A stretch of 63,536 bases of DNA, counting the filler. It is 8 parts of 8 records of this genome, joined end to end, with 100 filler letters (N's around TTAATTAATTAA, not from the genome) between each part and the next. Parts side by side here need not be neighbours in the genome. Positions count along the whole stretch, not along the records: positions 50,636 to 58,785 come from SRR11831585_542; positions 58,886 to 63,536 come from SRR11831585_546; 6 more parts are not named here. One strand, written 5' to 3'. The notes beneath the pieces are model-generated. The model worked only from the letters and a program-made list of their open reading frames with translations, did not search any database and had not been told where the DNA came from. Made by a program: the position numbers and the translations under genes. Position 1 is the stretch's first letter. Each line of letters starts with the position of its first letter. Below, in pieces: positions 56,609 through 63,536 of the stretch.

Positions 56609-58363
56609 CGGAATAAACCAGTTCAGCCAACGTAATGGCCATGGAAAACGGTGACGTCCTTCCTGTTGCGATGCTTGCGCGATACGTTCCTGGATGGTTT
56701 GCATCAGCGTCGTTTGGCCTTCGCCATCCCACACCAGATTTAATAATAACGGCAGTGCGTCAGTCACATCGTCTACTGCCCAGATGGTGAATTTGCCTTC
56801 TTCTACCGCTTTCACCAGTTCACTGTGAAGACTTAAATGGCGAACGTTAGCTGTGGGGATAATGACACCTTGTTTCCCGGTTAACTCACGTTGCTGGCAA
56901 ATAGCAAAGAAGCCTTCGATTTTCTCATTTAAACCACCGACCGGCTGGGCGCGACCGAACTGATCGACTGAACCTGTGATAGCGATACTCTGATTCACCG
57001 GCACATCGGCGAGGGCGCTTATCAGGGCGCAGAGTTCAGCCATCGAGGCACTATCTCCATCAACTTCACTGTATGACTGCTCAAATGTCAGCGATGCTGA
57101 GAAGGGGATCTGTTGCTCAAGCTGTAGTTCCGACATCAGGAACGCTTGCATGATCATCATCCCTTTCGCATGGATATTGCCGCCAAGCTCCGCTTTGCGT
57201 TCGATGTCGGTGAATTCACCATCGCCAATATGCACAACGCAGCTAATGCGAGAAGGTTCGCCAAAAGCGCGTGGATGACCCGGAAATTCAATGACCGAAA
57301 GGGCGTTAATTTGCCCGATGCGTTCGCCTTCGGTTTCAATCAGGATTTGCTCCTGAAGGATCTCATCCTGCATACGTTCAGCGAGGAAACCTTCGCGCCA
57401 TTCACGCTGCTGCAGCATTAAGTTTAGCTGCTCGCCGGAGAAGGTGTCGCCATCACACAGGGAGGCGACCTCTTTACACTGGCGGAGGATCCACTGCGGG
57501 CTAAGCGGAAGTGTTTCTTGTTCACCGGTGTAGCGTGCTGCTTCGCGGATAAGTATCGGCCAGGCATCCGCTCCCGGTGCAGGTAAGTGATTATGTCTGG
57601 CGGTAAATGTCACCCAGCGACACCACTGGGTTACTGACTCCGCATCGACAATCTGCAGAGTATCTTCAAATTCGCTATAAATAGCCTGCTCTGAAAGCTC
57701 TGGCTCCATCTCCTGGAAATCAGCCAATGATTCGCGTTCGCCTACCAGAATGACTTTCAGCTTCAATGGCATCGAAGGCACAGAGACGGGGAGAGGGCGC
57801 GACTCATCAAACGCAACCCAGTCAAAACGCTCGCGGTTAACGATATTTTTCAGCCGCATCCACAGCAGAGGTTGCGCCAGCAGTGTACGCAAAGAGATAA
57901 TGAGAATACCGCCATTTGCCTGATGCACCAGACCAGGCTGCAGGGTAATGTCGCCATTAAACTGGCGCAGGCAGCCAAAGAGTTGCTCCGCTTCTACCCA
58001 GTCGGCAGCGACAACTTGCGTTAAAGTCGCAAAATTATCATCTGCACTCACTGCGTGACGTAAGCGGATGGAGTGGCCGGAAACCTCATAGTGACCGCCC
58101 ACCAGTTGGCCTGCATCGCTTTGTAGCGTACGCGCGGCATTGGCAATAAGATTCAGATACTCAGACTCTTCCGGGGCCTTCGCCAGCATAAAAGAGGAGG
58201 ATGCTCGCGTATGCAGCAACTGCTCCAGCGCAAATTGCAGCCGCGGTTGAGTATCACTGAATAAAGGATCGTTTTCGTCAATCAAATGTGGCTGAGCAAA
58301 TATTTCCTGATAGCTATCGGTATCAGGAACCAGGTCACGCCATGCAAGTTTCGTAATGGTCAA
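56603..58363 (-). CDS. ycbZ: Lon-like (S16) protease YcbZ
   Basis: 586 aa; DGDSAS and GGLNEK motifs. Confidence 0.95.
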
Positions 58364-58548
58364 AGTTGATGTTTTTTAGTCTGTTGTCAAAGCCGCGATT
58401 ATACCGTAACCGGCACTACAGCACACGTAGAAAGCACCGACAATACTCCTGGCATGGGCGTTAAAGCTCACAGGATGGAGATTCTTTTCTTCACTGGCCT
58501 AAAAAGCTGATATTCTGTAAAGAGTTACACGGTAACATTGAGATCGCT

Positions 58549-58785
58549 ATGAAATATCAACAACTTGAAAATCTTGAAAGCGGTTGGAAATGGAAGTATC
58601 TGGTTAAGAAGCATCGCGAAGGGGAGTTAATCACCCGTTACATAGAAGCCAGTGCCGCCCAGGAAGCCGTCGATGTGTTGCTCTCGCTGGAAAATGAACC
58701 CGTGCTGGTAAATGGCTGGATTGACAAGCATATGAATCCGGAACTGGTCAATCGCATGAAGCAAACCATTACGGGCAAGACGAAA
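58549..58785 (+). CDS. matP: Ter macrodomain organiser MatP (3' end truncated)
   Basis: [18 protein letters not shown]... Confidence 0.96.
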
Positions 58786-58885
58786 NNNNNNNNNNNNNNN
58801 NNNNNNNNNNNNNNNNNNNNNNNNNNNNNTTAATTAATTAANNNNNNNNNNNNNNNNNNNNNNNNNNNNNNNNNNNNNNNNNNNN
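58786..58885. other. Artificial contig spacer
   Basis: N44-TTAATTAATTAA-N44. Confidence 0.99.
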
Positions 58886-58913
58886 GCGGGTTCGAGTCCC
58901 GTCCGTTCCGCCA
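58886..58913 (+). tRNA. aspU: 3' end of tRNA-Asp (aspU by position)
   Basis: GCGGGTTCGAGTCCCGTCCGTTCCGCCA is the T-arm, acceptor strand and CCA; anticodon not present; locus inferred from dkgB adjacency. Confidence 0.85.
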
Positions 58914-58922
58914 CTTATTAAG

Positions 58923-58953
58923 AAGCCTCGAGTTAACGCTCGAGGTTTTTTTT
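58923..58953 (+). terminator. Intrinsic terminator after the tRNA (end of rrn transcript)
   Basis: CCTCGAG-TTAACG-CTCGAGG followed by a 9-T run. Confidence 0.85.
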
Positions 58954-59075
58954 CGTCTGTATATCTATTATTGCCAGAATCGCAAAAATCCTCTGCATTT
59001 TACGCTCTTTTTCCTCAACAGTCTGAAGCCCATAATCACCTCAGTTAACGAAAATAGCATTAAAAGAGGCATATT

Positions 59076-59879
59076 ATGGCTATCCCTGCATTTGGTTTAG
59101 GTACTTTCCGTCTGAAAGACGACGTTGTTATTTCATCTGTGATAACGGCGCTTGAACTTGGTTATCGCGCAATTGATACCGCACAAATCTATGATAACGA
59201 AGCCGCAGTAGGTCAGGCGATTGCAGAAAGTGGCGTGCCACGTCATGAACTCTACATCACCACTAAAATCTGGATTGAAAATCTCAGCAAAGACAAATTG
59301 ATCCCAAGTCTGAAAGAGAGCCTGCAAAAATTGCGTACCGATTATGTTGATCTGACGCTAATCCACTGGCCGTCACCAAACGATGAAGTCTCTGTTGAAG
59401 AGTTTATGCAGGCGCTGCTGGAAGCCAAAAAACAAGGGCTGACGCGTGAGATCGGTATTTCCAACTTCACGATCCCGTTGATGGAAAAAGCGATTGCTGC
59501 TGTTGGTGCTGAAAACATCGCTACTAACCAGATTGAACTCTCTCCTTATCTGCAAAACCGTAAAGTGGTTGCCTGGGCTAAACAGCACGGCATCCATATT
59601 ACTTCCTATATGACGCTGGCGTATGGTAAGGCCCTGAAAGATGAGGTTATTGCTCGTATCGCAGCTAAACACAATGCGACTCCGGCACAAGTGATTCTGG
59701 CGTGGGCTATGGGGGAAGGTTACTCAGTAATTCCTTCTTCTACTAAACGTAAAAACCTGGAAAGTAATCTTAAGGCACAAAATTTACAGCTTGATGCCGA
59801 AGATAAAAAAGCGATCGCCGCACTGGATTGCAACGACCGCCTGGTTAGCCCGGAAGGTCTGGCTCCTGAATGGGATTAA
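59076..59879 (+). CDS. dkgB: Aldo-keto (2,5-diketogluconate/methylglyoxal) reductase
   Basis: 267 aa; GLGT, DTAQIY, LIHWP and IGISNF motifs. Confidence 0.96.
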
Positions 59880-60790
59880 GCCTCTCTGACAGCTCCTCCG
59901 GGAGCTGTTTTTACATGCTCGCTAAGGAAATCGATAAAAGCCCGGATGCGCGTACTTACCGCACGGTCGCTGTAATAGACGGCACTGAATGGCATTTCCA
60001 CTGGCAACACTTTATCTGCCATTAACTCCACCAATTCTCCGCGAGCGATTTCTTTGTCGATCATGTAGTCGGACAAACACGCAATCCCGTTGCCACTCAG
60101 GCAAAGCTGTTTCAGTGTTTCCCCACTATTGGATGACAAACCGTACTTCACCTCATGTAATTGTCCATCGCTACGGGCTATCGGCCAGGTATTGAGGGAA
60201 GCGGGTTCAGTGAATCCCAGGCAAATATGTTGCTTTAAATCGTCGATCGTTTCTGGCTTCCCGTAGCGGGAAATATAATCGGGGGAGGCGATAATTTTTC
60301 GATAACTGTTAAATAACGGCCTGGCACGTAAGCTGGAATCCGTTAACGTACCAGCGCGTATCGCGACATCCACTTTTCTTTCGATCAAATTAATAATCGT
60401 TTCGGAGGAGACTAGCGACAAAGTGACTTCCGGATAGCGTTCACGGAAAGGCTTAATTAACGGCATCAGAAAGTGCAGCACCACTGGAGTTGCGGCATCG
60501 ATCCGTAACAGTCCACGCGGTGTATTACGCGTCTCCATAATTTCTGATTCTGCCGCTGCCATCTCCTGCAAAATTGACTGTACGCGACGAAAATAACGCT
60601 CGCCTTCTTCCGTCAGGCTAAGTTGTCGCGTGGTCCGATTAAGCAGGCTAACGCCAAGTTTCATCTCCAGCTTTTTCACCGCCCGGCTTACCGCTGAGTT
60701 TGCTTGCCCTAATTGTTCCGCTGCCCGGCTAAAGCTGCCGCTTTCGACGACCGAAACAAAAATGGCGAGTTCTTCCGACGTGGCTTTCAT
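59876..60790 (-). CDS. yafC: LysR-family regulator
   Basis: 304 aa; GSFSRAA...LLNRTTR HTH region. Confidence 0.95.
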
Positions 60791-60979
60791 TTTTGCTCCT
60801 GTTGCAAAATAGAAGAGATATTTTGAATTTATTTGTCATTAAACCATCAGGATGCGTGATATGTCATGCGATTTAATGTTCTCCATAATGAGCAAAATTC
60901 TGACCGGTGTAAGCACTTGCTTACATAACAATATACAATTGCTCGTTGAAAGAGTGAGCTAAAATCCCTATAACAGTAG

Positions 60980-61831
<852 letters not shown>

Positions 61832-61834
61832 GGT

Positions 61835-62458
61835 ATGTCAGGTCTGCCACAGGGCAGACCAACGTTTGGCGCTGCGCAAAACGTGAGCGCGGTGGTGGCG
61901 TATGACTTATCTGCCCACATGCTGGATGTCGTGGCACAAGCTGCCGAAGCCCGGCAACTGAAAAATATCACCACCCGCCAGGGATATGCCGAAAGTCTGC
62001 CATTTGCCGATAACGCATTTGATATTGTTATCAGCCGTTATTCTGCCCATCACTGGCATGATGTTGGTGCAGCACTGCGAGAAGTGAATAGGATATTGAA
62101 ACCTGGCGGTAGGCTGATTGTGATGGACGTAATGTCTCCGGGTCACCCAGTGCGCGACATCTGGTTACAGACGGTAGAAGCATTACGCGATACCTCTCAC
62201 GTACGAAACTACGCCAGCGGTGAGTGGTTGACGTTAATCAATGAAGCCAATCTGATAGTTGATAATTTAATTACAGATAAGTTACCGCTGGAATTTTCTT
62301 CATGGGTCGCGAGAATGCGTACGCCAGAAGCGTTAGTAGACGCTATTCGCATTTACCAACAGAGCGCATCGACAGAGGTGAGAACGTATTTTGCCTTGCA
62401 GAATGATGGCTTTTTCACCAGTGATATCATCATGGTAGATGCACATAAAGCGGCATAA
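61835..62458 (+). CDS. yafE: SAM-dependent methyltransferase-like YafE, apparently N-terminally truncated
   Basis: 207 aa; YDLS, LPFADNAFD and LKPGG present but no GxGxG motif I. Confidence 0.85.
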   Translation: MSGLPQGRPTFGAAQNVSAVVAYDLSAHMLDVVAQAAEARQLKNITTRQGYAESLPFADNAFDIVISRYSAHHWHDVGAALREVNRILKPGGRLIVMDVMSPGHPVRDIWLQTVEALRDTSHVRNYASGEWLTLINEANLIVDNLITDKLPLEFSSWVARMRTPEALVDAIRIYQQSASTEVRTYFALQNDGFFTSDIIMVDAHKAA

Positions 62459-62460
62459 AT

Positions 62461-62492
62461 AAAAAAGGCACCGGGGGAATCGGTGCCTTTTT
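62461..62492. terminator. Bidirectional terminator between yafE and mltD
   Basis: AAAAAAGGCACCG-GGGGAAT-CGGTGCCTTTTTT. Confidence 0.85.
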
Positions 62493-62505
62493 ATTATCTG
62501 GTTTG

Positions 62506-63536
62506 TCAGGAATCTGGCATGTTGTTGTTTTTCACAAACAACGTCAGCTTATCGCCTGGTTGCAGATTCGCAGTGTCGCTGTTCCAGCGCATCACATCTT
62601 TGATGTTCACGCCGTGGCGTTTAGCAATGCTTGAAAGCGAATCGCCTTTGCGCACACGATACGTAATGCTATCGCTGTTGTTTGCCAGTCGCTGTGCGCT
62701 ACTGCCTGCACCAATCGTCAAACTTTGGCCTGGCTTCAGCTTAGATCCGCGCAGTTTGTTCCACTGCTGCAAATCTTTGGTGCTTACGCCGAGACGTGAA
62801 GCGATACTTGAAAGCGTGTCGCCAGAGCGTACGGTGTAAACACGGCTGTTAAGCGGCGTATTGTCGGCAACCAGCGTCGACTGTACAGCAGCAATTTCGC
62901 CTGAAGCCAGAGATTCACGCAGTTGATCTGCATGCTTCTTTGGCACCATCACGTACTGCGGGCCACTTGCGCCCAGCGTGGAGCCTTTTACGCCAGCGTT
63001 GAATGTCTTCAGCTTGCTGACGGAAATCCCCGCCATATCTGCTACCTTCGCCATTTCAACCGGGCTGCTCAGGTGCACACGCGCCAGAGCACGGCTTTCA
63101 TCGGTCGTTGGCAGACGTACGCCATAACGCTTGCTGTTTTTGAGAATATCACTCAATGCCAGCATTTTAGGCACGTACTGCTTCGTTTCCTGCGGCAACG
63201 GTAACGACCAGAAGTCCGTGGATTTCCCACGCGCTTTGTTCGTTTTAATTGCCTTCATGACCCGACCTTCGCCGCTGTTATAAGCCGCTACGGTCAGAAG
63301 CCAGTCGCCGTCAAACATTTTGTTCAGACGCTGCATCATATTCAGCGCGGCAGTTGTTGAAGCAACAACATCGCGACGCGCGTCATAATTGCGGGTCTGT
63401 TTCAAACCATAATTGCGCCCCGTGCTCGGAATGATCTGCCAGATGCCTGCGGCATTGGCGCCAGACGTTGCGTGAGGATCAAAAGCGCTCTCCACTATGG
63501 GTAGTAGTACCAGTTCCATAGGCATGTTACGTTTTT
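62506..63536 (-). CDS. mltD: Membrane-bound lytic transglycosylase D (5' part outside the window)
   Basis: PIVES, GIWQ and AAYNSG SLT motifs plus two LysM repeats; frame open to the window edge. Confidence 0.97.
   Translation of the reverse strand, partial: KRNMPMELVLLPIVESAFDPHATSGANAAGIWQIIPSTGRNYGLKQTRNYDARRDVVASTTAALNMMQRLNKMFDGDWLLTVAAYNSGEGRVMKAIKTNKARGKSTDFWSLPLPQETKQYVPKMLALSDILKNSKRYGVRLPTTDESRALARVHLSSPVEMAKVADMAGISVSKLKTFNAGVKGSTLGASGPQYVMVPKKHADQLRESLASGEIAAVQSTLVADNTPLNSRVYTVRSGDTLSSIASRLGVSTKDLQQWNKLRGSKLKPGQSLTIGAGSSAQRLANNSDSITYRVRKGDSLSSIAKRHGVNIKDVMRWNSDTANLQPGDKLTLFVKNNNMPDS

Noticed and set aside
58771..58785. Apparent matP frameshift (TITGKTK instead of TIRARRK)
   Set aside because: Removing the single A at 58771 restores the expected frame, and it is 15 nt from the contig end, so a read error is most likely.

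Overview
This window is not contiguous DNA. It is a pseudomolecule of 8 unordered contigs joined by 7 identical 100-nt spacers (44 N + TTAATTAATTAA + 44 N), so adjacency across spacers means nothing biologically. Seven contigs are Escherichia coli chromosome, and their proteins match the K-12 proteins as I recall them. They are: (1) the purine/urate locus yqeC'-mocA-ygfK-ssnA-ygfM-xdhD-xanQ-guaD-ghxQ-ygfS-uacF-uacT-yqfG-idi'; (2) hrpA'-azoR-ynbD'; (3) acrB'-acrA-acrR-mscK; (4) rne'-yceQ-rluC-yceF-sraB-yceD; (5) glyS'-glyQ-ysaB-wecH-yiaAB-xylBA-xylFGHR; (7) uup'-pqiABC-rmf-fabA-ycbZ-matP'; (8) tRNA-Asp 3' end-dkgB-yafCDE-mltD'. Contig 6 is a lambdoid phage head module (C/Nu3-D-E) that differs from lambda and resembles phi80. 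This suggests a phi80 lysogen or a phi80dlac cloning host assembled at low coverage. I found no convincing previously undescribed system. The best second-look items are the Cys-free Fe-S-like domain of XdhD, the phage contig, a matS-like palindrome just upstream of matP, the N-terminally truncated yafE, and sigma54/enhancer-like motifs in the purine locus. All gene identifications are from memory; no database search was run.
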